Origin: Promethearchaeota archaeon
GTDB lineage: Archaea > Asgardarchaeota > Lokiarchaeia > Sigyniarchaeales > SOKP01
NCBI GenBank assembly: GCA_016839585.1
Contig: JAEOTZ010000050.1
Location: 41,900 to 105,899 of the forward strand
Direction: 5' to 3'
Length of the DNA: 64,000 nt
Of the stretch, positions 39,226 through 49,137 are shown piece by piece. Under the pieces are notes generated by a model. That model was not told the origin of the DNA. It saw nothing but the letters and a program-made list of their open reading frames with translations, and ran no database searches. Position 1 is the stretch's first letter. Each line of letters begins with the position of its first letter. A program made the translations under genes and the position numbers.

Positions 39226-41955
39226 ACGAGAGAAAAAAGTAAATTAAAAACGATTATAATAGCTTTAGCGATAGTTTTCACATTTTATAATGTCTTCAAT
39301 GATCAGGATAGAACTATGGAAATTGGGGAAGAACCTAATTTAAGAAATCCAATAATATCAAGCTACTGGACGACAAATTTTATACATATTGATGGCAATT
39401 GGTCAGCTACAGCATTTACCTATGATTGGTGTAATGGCGATGGATCATGGGAAAATCCCTACATAATTGAAAACGTTACTATTGATGCAAGTAGTTCACC
39501 AACAGGAAGCGGGATCTATATAAAGAATTCTAAAAATGATTATTTTATCATCAAAAATTGTACAGCTTATAATTCAGGGACAGATTATTATGACGGAGGA
39601 ATTAAATTGGAAAATACTAACAATGGGACGTTAATAAATAATAATTGTTCTAATAATGCAGGATGTGGGATTGTAATGATTTTAGGCTGTGAAAACAATA
39701 CTCTAAGAGGAAACACCGCAAATGAAAATAGTTATAATGGGATACGGTTAAATGATTTTTGTAGCAATAATTTCATTCTGGACAATACCATATACAATAA
39801 CCAATATCAAGGGGTATATATAACTGAGTATTGCGATTATAACGATATTTCGGGGAACATTATTAATGATAACCATGATGATGGGATACATTTAGATAGT
39901 AGCAGTTATAATACTTTCTTTGGAAATACTATAACTAATAATAATGGTGCTGGAATATTTATACATAGATGCAATCATAACACCATCTCTGGGAACACTG
40001 TAAATTACAATACTGGACCTGGGATTTATTTATCTAATGGGAATCCCCTCAATAATGATCACCATAATGTCTCGGAAAATACCATTAACTATAATAACGT
40101 CGGAATAACTCTCTATGTCAGCAATTTAAATATGATCTACCAAAACACTGCTAATGACAATCCAAATTTTGGTATGACTTTATATGATTCTGATAACAAC
40201 ACTATTTTGGAAAACAACTTTAACCATAGCGATTATGGGATATATTTATCGGAATGCGAGTATAACAACATTTCCGGAAATATGGTAAATAACCATAGAA
40301 CCTATGGAATATTATTTGATAGTTGCTATAATAATACTCTCATGGAAAATACCTTATACAATAATTTTAATGGAATATTTTTAGAATATTCTGATGATAA
40401 TTCCCTAGTGGGAAATACTGCGAATAGTAATGGATGGAACGGAATACATATATATGAAAGTTATAATAATAGTCTCTTAGGAAACACTGCAAATAATAAT
40501 CATAATAGAGGAATATACTTATTTCACTTCTGCGATGGTAACAATATTGTGGGAAATATTTTAAATGATAATTGGTTATTTGGTATAGATTTATCTGATG
40601 ATTGCGACAATAACATCCTCTTAGGAAATACTGCATATAATAACACAGATCATGGGATACATTTGGAAGCTCATTGTGATAATAATACAATCTCGGGAAA
40701 TTATCTATTGAATAATACGGGATTAGGTTGTTTCATAAATAACCTATGTAATGATAATCTAGTTTACCTAAATAATTTCATTGGAAATAAGTACAATGCT
40801 AGGGATGATGGAACCAACAATCGATGGGATAATGGGACAATTGGTAATTTCTGGGATGATTTCACGGGAATTGACGCGAATGATGATGGAATTGGGGATA
40901 CTCCTTATGACCTCCTTCCAATAGGAGGAAGTATGGATAATTTCCCAATATGGGATGATGGACCCCATGTTATTACCATAATCTCACCTAAATTTGGGGA
41001 TGCGTATGGAACAATTGCTCCAAGTTTCAATGTCTCGATAAACTTTCCAGTTTTAGATACTTCATGGTATACCGTAAATAATGATATTACAAAATACATC
41101 TTCAATGGATCTTCTGGAACAATAAATCAAACTGCCTGGGATGGTTGTGAAGATGGAATTGTATTAATTAGATTCTTTGTAAATAATACTGTTGGAAACT
41201 CTAGTTCTACTGAAGTCTTTGTCTTTAAAGATACAAAGATACCAATTATTAATATTATTTTTCCAATTAATAATTCTATATTCAGAGAATCTCCTCCAGT
41301 TTATTATTTATCAATAGAAGAAGTAAATTTGAATGTAACTTGGTATACGATGGATGGAGGTATTACTAATATAACTTTTACAGAATTAACGGGGATAATA
41401 AATCAGACCTTATGGGAAGCGATTCCAAATGGTCAAGTGACCATCAGATTCTATGCTAGAGATGTTGCCGGTCGTATAAACTATGGTGATGTATTTGTCA
41501 TAAAAAATGTCCCTTATCATCTATTATACGTGGAAATTATTGATCAATCTTTCTCTAAAGATGAGTTTAATATAACATTTTATATTTTTGATGAAAATGC
41601 TCAAGGGATTACACCAAATATAATTCAAATGTGGTGGAATGGAACTGATGTAAGTGATGATGTTCAAAATCTTGGGAATGGTTATTTTTTCGTATCATTA
41701 AATCCTATAACCGTAGGTCCTGGAGATGATCCTATATTGCTTTCCATGATCATTTCTGCTGACGGATATGAAGAAAAATCCTTCGAGACATATATTACGG
41801 TAGATCCAGCCACTTTGGAGAAGGAAGCTGGTGGTAGAGAAGAATTTCCCCTAGTTATCATTATTACAATCAGTTCAACGATAGGGGCTATAGGAGCAAC
41901 TGTAATTTCAATAGGAATATGGCGTAAAAGAAGATCGCCAAAAAAAATGAAGTAA
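39226..41955 (+). CDS. cell-surface parallel beta-helix (NosD/pectin-lyase-like) protein with Ig-like domains and C-terminal TM anchor
   Basis: Many NNTxxGNxxxxNxxxGI repeats, GNFWDD..G.DANDDGIGDTPY; signal peptide in frame upstream of ATG 39316, beginning at ACG 39226. Confidence 0.85.
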   Translation, partial: TREKSKLKTIIIALAIVFTFYNVFNDQDRTMEIGEEPNLRNPIISSYWTTNFIHIDGNWSATAFTYDWCNGDGSWENPYIIENVTIDASSSPTGSGIYIKNSKNDYFIIKNCTAYNSGTDYYDGGIKLENTNNGTLINNNCSNNAGCGIVMILGCENNTLRGNTANENSYNGIRLNDFCSNNFILDNTIYNNQYQGVYITEYCDYNDISGNIINDNHDDGIHLDSSSYNTFFGNTITNNNGAGIFIHRCNHNTISGNTVNYNTGPGIYLSNGNPLNNDHHNVSENTINYNNVGITLYVSNLNMIYQNTANDNPNFGMTLYDSDNNTILENNFNHSDYGIYLSECEYNNISGNMVNNHRTYGILFDSCYNNTLMENTLYNNFNGIFLEYSDDNSLVGNTANSNGWNGIHIYESYNNSLLGNTANNNHNRGIYLFHFCDGNNIVGNILNDNWLFGIDLSDDCDNNILLGNTAYNNTDHGIHLEAHCDNNTISGNYLLNNTGLGCFINNLCNDNLVYLNNFIGNKYNARDDGTNNRWDNGTIGNFWDDFTGIDANDDGIGDTPYDLLPIGGSMDNFPIWDDGPHVITIISPKFGDAYGTIAPSFNVSINFPVLDTSWYTVNNDITKYIFNGSSGTINQTAWDGCEDGIVLIRFFVNNTVGNSSSTEVFVFKDTKIPIINIIFPINNSIFRESPPVYYLSIEEVNLNVTWYTMDGGITNITFTELTGIINQTLWEAIPNGQVTIRFYARDVAGRINYGDVFVIKNVPYHLLYVEIIDQSFSKDEFNITFYIFDENAQGITPNIIQMWWNGTDVSDDVQNLGNGYFFVSLNPITVGPGDDPILLSMIISADGYEEKSFETYITVDPATLEKEAGGREEFPLVIIITISSTIGAIGATVISIGIWRKRRSPKKMK

Positions 41956-42066
41956 GTTATATTACCAATTTAACCAATTTTTTTTTAATTTTTAACTTAT
42001 TTTTTTTTATGTATAATTTTTCTGTATATTTAAATACTTATATCATATAGATATAGTATAGCGTAT

Positions 42067-42170
42067 CAAAGAGTGGTGAGATTACTTTTTGGGATATTAG
42101 CTTTTTTTAACGAGCAACTTTGTTGGCCCAAACAAAGTTCTTAAACAATATCCCCTCTCACCATAGTTTG
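42067..42170. ncRNA. candidate structured RNA / nested inverted repeat
   Basis: TGGTGAGA/TCTCACCA, GGGATATT/AATATCCC, TTAA/TTAA and AACTTTGTT/AACAAAGTT nest around a GGCCCA loop. Confidence 0.45.
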
Positions 42171-42453
42171 TCCTAATATCATACTTGGAGAATTTGACTA
42201 AATAATAAAAAATTCATTAGTAACCTTTTCTCTTATAATAAATCGCAAATATTAAAACCTATCTCAATTGGACTTTATTCTAATATTTATTTTCGCCTGC
42301 CCATTTACAGGCCAAACATAGTTCTGGTATTATCATTTTTTCCCTAGTGGTAATAATTCATTTTGTCTTATCTAAATTTATAATCCTCTTATATTTAAAT
42401 ATTTTTACTACAGTTTGATAAATATCAAACTGTTTCTCATGGTTTCGGATAAT

Positions 42454-42801
42454 TTATGGGATGCTGTATTCTTTAATTGTATTTTTTTCAATAATTTTTA
42501 TTAATTTAGGAGTTATGTCAAAATTTTCTCCCCCTAATAACACTCCAGTTTTAGAAAAGAAGTAGATTCTAAGGTCTTTATCATATTCTACTTGTACTAA
42601 ATAATGAGGATGGGAAGTTTTAGCAATAATTATTCTTTTAAATGGTTCTCCTTTAATAAAGACGGTCTCATCTTTAATTCTTAAGATTTTTATATTTGAC
42701 GGTTTTTTCTCCCTGTATTCTTTTTTCCCAAACTTAACAATTTCTTTTAAGACCTTTCTACCAGATATCATAAATATCTCTAAGATCGAACTTGAATTCA
42801 A
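42454..42801 (-). CDS. hypothetical protein coupled to CoiA-like nuclease
   Basis: 4-bp overlap with the upstream gene. Confidence 0.55.
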   Translation of the reverse strand: MNSSSILEIFMISGRKVLKEIVKFGKKEYREKKPSNIKILRIKDETVFIKGEPFKRIIIAKTSHPHYLVQVEYDKDLRIYFFSKTGVLLGGENFDITPKLIKIIEKNTIKEYSIP

Positions 42802-43658
42802 TTATTTATAAAATCATCGATTTTAATTTCTATTTGCTCTCGAAAGTGATTCTTATCGTCTAGCATATGTCCATGTTTTAGTATCTTTATACCTTTTTTC
42901 CATTTTAAGGCATTGTAAGGGATATAATATCCATATTTTTCTTTAAAGTGTGAGATAATCTCTCTTGTTGGAATCCTAAGATTTATAAGTTCTTCTCTTT
43001 TCTTTCTCTCTTTTAACTTTTTTTTACAGACATTAGTAATATATTGATTTATTTCTTTAATGCACGACCATTCAACATTCACATCTCGAAACCGTGCCAG
43101 TTTATATTTTTTGCCAGTAAATACCAATTCTAAGGAAGGGATTGAACCACAGATGACACTTCTCTGTTTTTTATACCGTACATAACGCATCATCCCATTG
43201 CCATCCATCTTATATTGAAAATACTTGGTAAAATGTAAGGGATAGACAGGAGTTAATAGGCCATCCTTAGTCATGTTCATGCAATAGACTCGCCCCTTAT
43301 ACATTTTTTGCAATTGTTCCTCCTCTATGGATACCAGAATTCCATCTTGATTTATTGGCAATTTATTATAGGTAATACCGTTATGAATCCATAAAACATA
43401 GATCCCTTTTCGACTATAATCTAAGGTACGTTCTTTAAGCTCTTCTGGGCTTATTTTGGTATGTTGGAATTCAATCACGAATTTCTTACCATCAGATAAC
43501 TCACCGTAAAGGTCAGCTCTGCGATTGCCAATCATCCGTTCCAATTCGATTTTTGTTATATTATTGTCGTTCGGAAGATTATCCTGAAAATATAACTTCA
43601 TTCTCATATGTTCAATAGATTCAGATTTCTTTTCTTCGGACTGATTTGATATTTCCAT
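42798..43658 (-). CDS. CoiA-like PD-(D/E)xK nuclease
   Basis: ESIEH..MK, RRADL, VIEFQHTKIS..EL.ERT.DY...GIYVLWI. Confidence 0.8.
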   Translation of the reverse strand: MEISNQSEEKKSESIEHMRMKLYFQDNLPNDNNITKIELERMIGNRRADLYGELSDGKKFVIEFQHTKISPEELKERTLDYSRKGIYVLWIHNGITYNKLPINQDGILVSIEEEQLQKMYKGRVYCMNMTKDGLLTPVYPLHFTKYFQYKMDGNGMMRYVRYKKQRSVICGSIPSLELVFTGKKYKLARFRDVNVEWSCIKEINQYITNVCKKKLKERKKREELINLRIPTREIISHFKEKYGYYIPYNALKWKKGIKILKHGHMLDDKNHFREQIEIKIDDFINN

Positions 43659-43833
43659 TTTCCTATTTTCTTTGCTTTTTATCTTTTTACAAGTAAATAA
43701 AGTATAGAGTATTTAAACTTCCCAGAAGTGCCAAATTATTAATTTTTTTTTCCCTTTTTTTTTAAATAAAGGAAGATCTTTCTAATTAGTACCCCCCATT
43801 AATTTTTAATAAATGATTTTTCAAAGGATAAAA

Positions 43834-45738
43834 ATGGCTGAGAAAGAAAAAGTTCAGGATAAGAAAGAAAAGATAGAATATCTTGTTAAGGAGATTTCTC
43901 GCCATAGGTATCTTTATTATAATGCTCAGCCAGAAATTTCTGATGCAAAGTATGACGCTTTAGAAGATGAGTTACGAGGACTTGATCCAGATAATCCAAT
44001 ATTATTTAAGATTGGTGTGGATTCTTCCGAGCTTTTCACAAAACGTGAGCATATTATACCTATGTCTTCTCAGGATAAGGTTACAAACCCCCCTGAATTT
44101 ACTAAATGGGCAAGAAAATGCAATTATACAACTTTTCTCATCCAATTTAAGTTAGATGGCATAAGTATAGAATTACAGTATGAGAATGGAGTTTTAAAGT
44201 ATGCTATTACTCGTGGTGATGGAAAAATTGGAGATGATGTATCCGCTAATGTAATTAAAATGAAAGGATTTGTTCCTAAGTTGAAGGTTTCTTTTTCTGG
44301 TGCGGTTCGAGCTGAGATCTTAATGTTTCATGATATTTATGAAGAGAAATATAACCAAATGCAAAATTGCAGAAATGCGGCAGGAGGCATAGTACGAAGA
44401 AAAGATGGAGTTGGGAGTGGAGATCTCAATTTAGTCTATTACGATGCAATTGCCTTAGATGATAAGGTTCAATTTGAAAGCGAGATTAAGAAAGTAAAGT
44501 GGTTACAAGAACAGGGATTTCCCACTATTAAGACTAAGATTGTACATTCTGTGAAGGAAGTAATTGATACCCGTGAATATGTGATGGATTCGCTTCGAGA
44601 TACTTTAGAGTATGATATTGATGGGCTTGTTATTAAGGGAAATACTATCGATTTAGAAGATATGAAGAGAGTAAGACCAATGACTCAGATTGCATTTAAA
44701 TTTCAAGCAGAGGAGATTGAGACTGTTTTATTAGATGTAGAATGGAGTTTGAGTGGACATAATTATACTCCTGTTGCGATTGTTGAGACTGTAAAATTAA
44801 TGGGAACGAATGTGAGCAGGGCAAGTTTAGCAAATCCTAATTTAATTGACGAGTTAAAGTTGAAGATTGGCTCAGAAGTAATGATTAGCAAAAGAGGAGA
44901 TATTATTCCAAAAATAGAGCGGGTATTAGGAACACCCTCTGATGCTAAAGATATTGTCGTTCCAGATACCTGTGAGGTATGTAAAACTCAATTAGTTAAT
45001 GAAGGGACTCGATTGTATTGTCCTAATGAATTGTGTCCCAAACGGTTATACCATCGTCTTATAAAATGGATAAGTAAGCTCAATGTGAAGCATTTTAGCG
45101 AAAAGTTAATGCTCTCTAAATTATTTGATACAGGTAAGTTACAAAAAATTGTCGATTTTTATGATTTAAAAGTGTCAGATCTGACTATTTTTGAGGGTGT
45201 GAAGGAAACCTCTGCCAAAAAGGCATTGGATAATTTATTTCGGGTAAAAGAAGTTCTGTTAGCCACCTTTGTTGCTGGATTTGATATTGAAAATATGGGA
45301 GAACAATTAGTACAGAGGGTAGTAGATGCTGGTTTTGATACTTTAGAAGATATTAAAGACGTTTCCGTTTATGAGTTATCAAGGATTGACGGATTTGCTG
45401 AAACTACTGCTCACTATTTAATTAATGGGGTGAACACTCTCTATCAAGATATGTTAGATGTATTAAATACCAATAAAATTAAAATAAAGGGAAAAAAGAT
45501 GGGAGGAAAGTTAGAAAGTTTGAGTTTTTGTTTTACTGGAAAGCTTAATACTATGAATCGAGCAGAGGCAGAACACCTTGTAGCTGAACATGGAGGAATT
45601 GCTAAGAGTGGGGTTGTAAAAGGGCTGTCATACTTAGTGACCAACTCCACAGAGAAGACTGCTAAATATGTAAAGGCTCAAGGACAGGGAACAAAAATAA
45701 TATCAGAGCAAGAATTCCTTGATATGATAAATAAATAA
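43834..45738 (+). CDS. ligA: NAD-dependent DNA ligase
   Basis: YY...PEISDAKYD, KLDG adenylation motif, TRGDG, RNAAGG, DGLVIK, AFKF, C4 zinc finger, HhH, C-terminal BRCT (FCFTGKL). Confidence 0.95.
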   Translation: MAEKEKVQDKKEKIEYLVKEISRHRYLYYNAQPEISDAKYDALEDELRGLDPDNPILFKIGVDSSELFTKREHIIPMSSQDKVTNPPEFTKWARKCNYTTFLIQFKLDGISIELQYENGVLKYAITRGDGKIGDDVSANVIKMKGFVPKLKVSFSGAVRAEILMFHDIYEEKYNQMQNCRNAAGGIVRRKDGVGSGDLNLVYYDAIALDDKVQFESEIKKVKWLQEQGFPTIKTKIVHSVKEVIDTREYVMDSLRDTLEYDIDGLVIKGNTIDLEDMKRVRPMTQIAFKFQAEEIETVLLDVEWSLSGHNYTPVAIVETVKLMGTNVSRASLANPNLIDELKLKIGSEVMISKRGDIIPKIERVLGTPSDAKDIVVPDTCEVCKTQLVNEGTRLYCPNELCPKRLYHRLIKWISKLNVKHFSEKLMLSKLFDTGKLQKIVDFYDLKVSDLTIFEGVKETSAKKALDNLFRVKEVLLATFVAGFDIENMGEQLVQRVVDAGFDTLEDIKDVSVYELSRIDGFAETTAHYLINGVNTLYQDMLDVLNTNKIKIKGKKMGGKLESLSFCFTGKLNTMNRAEAEHLVAEHGGIAKSGVVKGLSYLVTNSTEKTAKYVKAQGQGTKIISEQEFLDMINK

Positions 45739-45834
45739 TTTTTCTTATTTTTTTTTTAATTTGCATAATAATTTATATTTATGTATCTTATACCATTTTA
45801 ATACTAAGCTCAGCAAAAGAAAAGATGATTACTT

Positions 45835-46797
45835 TTGGGTAAGAATAAAGAGAATATCGGTGATATTTTAATTAAAGCGATGGATTATCTTAACAATGGT
45901 AAATTTAAAGATTCCATTGTTTACTGGGAAAAAGCATTAGCGTTAAATGCCAAAAATCCAACAGCGTGGGTAATGATGGGACAAGCATATGAAGGTCTTG
46001 CAAATTGGAGTAAAGCAATTGAATGTTATGACAAAGTTTTAGCAATTAATCCTCAACATCAATCTGCACAGTGGTTTAAGGAGATAGCTTTAGAGAAATT
46101 AAATCCCCCTAAGAAAGTTGAGAGAGATGAGCGTCTACCAAGTAAAGGGGTACTCTCACCTTTAGCAGATAAAGTTCTGGACGCTTATCTAGTTGAAAAA
46201 ACAAAAGAATATCTGGATGATTTTGTAAAGACAGAAGAGGGAAAAAACTTTATGCAAAAGGCAAAGTCATATTGGGATCAAATCCCTTATGAAATGAAAG
46301 AGACTATTCGTCTTATTCACGAAGTCCCTGATCCTTCTGAAAGAGCTGATTTATTAAAATTATACAGAGAGTCAGTAGCAGCTCAGCGAACTGCTGATAC
46401 ATTGTTTGTCTATGAGCGATTAGCTCTTCATTTGACTAATAATGAATTTGTATGGAATATGTTTGTTAATGCTACCATTAAATATAAAATGGATCCTACT
46501 AAATGTCTCGAAATGCTCAATGGAGCACTAAAAGGCAATCCTAAAGATCATCTCAAATGGGGACTTCTTGGTCTTTTGGATTTAGCACTTGGTAAATTAA
46601 AAGATGCTCTTGATTGTTTCAATAAACAGTTAGAACTTGAACCCGATAACTTAGATCCTTATAGCCGCATTAGTATGGTTTATGAACTTGAGAATAATAT
46701 ACCAAAATCAATTGAATATTTAGAAAAATATGTTAAAGCATTTCCAAATGATTCCCTTGCTCAAAAAGATTTGGAAAAGCTAAGGAGAAGAAAATAA
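45835..46797 (+). CDS. TPR-repeat protein
   Basis: N- and C-terminal TPR clusters. Confidence 0.85.
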   Translation: MGKNKENIGDILIKAMDYLNNGKFKDSIVYWEKALALNAKNPTAWVMMGQAYEGLANWSKAIECYDKVLAINPQHQSAQWFKEIALEKLNPPKKVERDERLPSKGVLSPLADKVLDAYLVEKTKEYLDDFVKTEEGKNFMQKAKSYWDQIPYEMKETIRLIHEVPDPSERADLLKLYRESVAAQRTADTLFVYERLALHLTNNEFVWNMFVNATIKYKMDPTKCLEMLNGALKGNPKDHLKWGLLGLLDLALGKLKDALDCFNKQLELEPDNLDPYSRISMVYELENNIPKSIEYLEKYVKAFPNDSLAQKDLEKLRRRK

Positions 46798-47163
46798 TCT
46801 CTTACACCACTATCTCTTCAATCTCAAGACACTTTTCTTCTTATCAAAAATTTTGCCCAATAACTCTATTGCCATTATTTTAAAGTTTGATACCGATGAG
46901 CAAAAGTCTAAGCTACTTAAAAGCCCAAAGTTTCAGTAGGAGGAAATTACGAATACTTTACTGATTCATAAAAGGTTTAAGATCTAATTAATCAATTATC
47001 ATAATACGAATGATAAAACAGCATATGGGGATCAGAAATTTACAGGTAAGTGGAGAGAAATTTAATATATTTCAAGATTGGAGATGATTTAAGATTATAT
47101 GGCTGTTAAATTTAAATAGGAGAATTAATAAGTCATTGTTAGATAACAAAGATTTTATTAGTA

Positions 47164-48516
47164 ATGAAGAAATTTAAAATAAATAACTATATTACCCTAA
47201 AATTAGAGGATGGCACTACTAATCTTTATGTAAATGGTGAGCTTTTCCGACAATGTAAATTGCTATTATTAAATATCTCGATTAATGAGGATTTCAGCCA
47301 GGTACAATCTATTGATGAGATAGCAGAAAAAATGGGTTGGACTCCTTTAGGACAGATGTCTCCACATATTAGACTTGAAATCCGAAAGAAAATCTCCCCC
47401 GTGACTGAATTTTGGGCACATTGCTCAAACATACAAGCATGGGTTGAAGATAATTATAATCCTAATATACTTCATCACAGTCTTGCCTTTCCTTTGTTAA
47501 GAAAGTTAGCTGAAACAGGAGATTTGCAAGCTAAAGCTCGATTTAAAGAGGATGTGGCAAAAAGATTAGAAAGTTCAACTCCTCAAGTTATGCTATATCT
47601 AATTCAAGAGAGATATTTAGAAATCTTTACTAAGGAAGAATTAGAATCTTTGATCCTCAATATTGATTTTAATAATCCTTCAGAAGACGAGTATCTCAAG
47701 TATGTTCCAAGTATTTTTACCTATCTTTATGATTATAATTTATCAAATAAAGTTAAAGTGATCTTGTTTGAGCATTTGGCTAAACAATTTTATGGGAACT
47801 TATTTGAAGAATTAAAACAAATTCTATTAAAAAAATACCAAAAGGAGACTCAAATACTATTGGATAAATTATCTCAGGGGATCAAAAACACTAATTTACG
47901 ACGGATTAAGGAATATTTCTATTTTTTTAATATGGAAGAAAAGATCAAATTGTTTCGTGAAGCTTTATCAAGTAAGTTTTTTCATGTCTTATTTGAGTTA
48001 TTAACCGAAAATCCTAGTTTAATAGATCACCTTGAAAAAAAAGACATACCAATTCTCGTAAAAGAAGCATTTATGACAGGAAATCCCTCTGTTATATCAC
48101 TCCTAGAAGATGAAGGACATTTAATTCATCTTAGCCATGAACAAATAGAAGAAATAATGGAGAATATTTCTAGTTTTGGATTGTCAAAAAATATTATAGC
48201 AGAAATAGAAGATTGGTATTCTTGGTTAGAGAAAGGATATGTACGATTTAGGAGTTGTTATATTTATAGATATGACGTACAAATACTTCAAGAAATTGAA
48301 AGAGTTTTAAATATTAAATTAATTTACACTCCACATGATATTGCGCTCTCGAACTATATGTTTGAAATTGATGATGAGGGAAGAGTATCTAAATTATTCA
48401 TAACGGACACCATAAAAAGAAAGCTTGATATTCCAGACTCTCTTGTCGAGAGAATTTATACTCTAGAAAATCTTAAAGAATTACATATGAAACATCAAAC
48501 AATTATGATTAATTAA
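47164..48516 (+). CDS. Lokiarchaeia-type protein with the conserved N-terminal domain typical of their LRR proteins
   Basis: FKINNYITLKLE...YVNGELFRQCK...EFWAHCSNIQAW...LAFPLLRKL; C-terminus ends in one LRR-like unit (LENLKELHM). Confidence 0.6.
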   Translation: MKKFKINNYITLKLEDGTTNLYVNGELFRQCKLLLLNISINEDFSQVQSIDEIAEKMGWTPLGQMSPHIRLEIRKKISPVTEFWAHCSNIQAWVEDNYNPNILHHSLAFPLLRKLAETGDLQAKARFKEDVAKRLESSTPQVMLYLIQERYLEIFTKEELESLILNIDFNNPSEDEYLKYVPSIFTYLYDYNLSNKVKVILFEHLAKQFYGNLFEELKQILLKKYQKETQILLDKLSQGIKNTNLRRIKEYFYFFNMEEKIKLFREALSSKFFHVLFELLTENPSLIDHLEKKDIPILVKEAFMTGNPSVISLLEDEGHLIHLSHEQIEEIMENISSFGLSKNIIAEIEDWYSWLEKGYVRFRSCYIYRYDVQILQEIERVLNIKLIYTPHDIALSNYMFEIDDEGRVSKLFITDTIKRKLDIPDSLVERIYTLENLKELHMKHQTIMIN

Positions 48517-48698
48517 AAGGCATTATATTTCTTATTAATATTAATAAGAGCTAAGAAAACTTAGGATAGAGGAAAAAATATGAGATAACTTTTTATCTCA
48601 TTTCACTTCATTATTTTGGTATGTGCTTGATTATAAAATCTATTATTATGGCTTAAGCACTTAATCGCTGTTCGCAGAGGAGCAAGAGCCTTAAAACC

Positions 48699-49034
48699 TC
48701 ATAAAACGGATGGAGAATAGCGTTTTGCTGCTCTTGTTAACCCAACATAATTATCTGAAATTTTATAGTACATTTTATCATTTATTACTTTTCTCTCTAA
48801 ATAATTATTTTTTATATAGTGGTTTAAAGAATTCACCATAGTACCGAGCACAACTGCTCCCATATAATTTTGTTTCTTCTTAGTAATCCTTATTAAATCA
48901 AGTTCAGAATGCCACTGACCATCAAGTAAAGCCATCAATATTTCATTTTTCACAGGAATCTTTATATCCTTAATTTTATTGAATAAATTTGAATAATTTG
49001 GTTTATAAAACTCATCTTCTTTAAGATCTTCCAT
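48699..49034 (-). CDS. winged-helix-like protein
   Basis: ILMALLDGQWHSELDL...YLERKVINDKMYYKIS. Confidence 0.6.
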   Translation of the reverse strand: MEDLKEDEFYKPNYSNLFNKIKDIKIPVKNEILMALLDGQWHSELDLIRITKKKQNYMGAVVLGTMVNSLNHYIKNNYLERKVINDKMYYKISDNYVGLTRAAKRYSPSVL

Positions 49035-49137
49035 TTTTAGATACCTATAAAACGAGTTGTAATCTTAAGAATGAATAAAATATTCAGTTATTTAACAAAA
49101 TATATTATCACCATAACACATTTAATAGAAAAAGGAC

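Noticed and set aside
39600-40800. Repetitive AAT/AAC-rich DNA resembling a repeat array
   Set aside because: Explained by Asn-rich beta-helix protein repeats; no constant repeat-spacer structure, so not CRISPR
38171-43658. Methylase + CoiA-like nuclease as a restriction-modification pair
   Set aside because: They are 3.7 kb apart, on opposite strands and separated by an unrelated surface protein gene
46800-47160. 360-bp intergenic stretch with coding-like composition
   Set aside because: Only short broken frames; no recognisable product or structure
30206-47160. Provirus or integrative element interpretation of the variable region
   Set aside because: No integrase, transposase, capsid, terminase or replication gene, and no flanking att pair or tRNA recognised
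48650-48692. Small GC-richer element with CTG-TTCG-CAG hairpin and GGCT/AGCC ends
   Set aside because: Stems are only 3-4 bp; could be a terminator or an IS-end remnant but is unsupported, and there is no selenoprotein nearby to suggest SECIS
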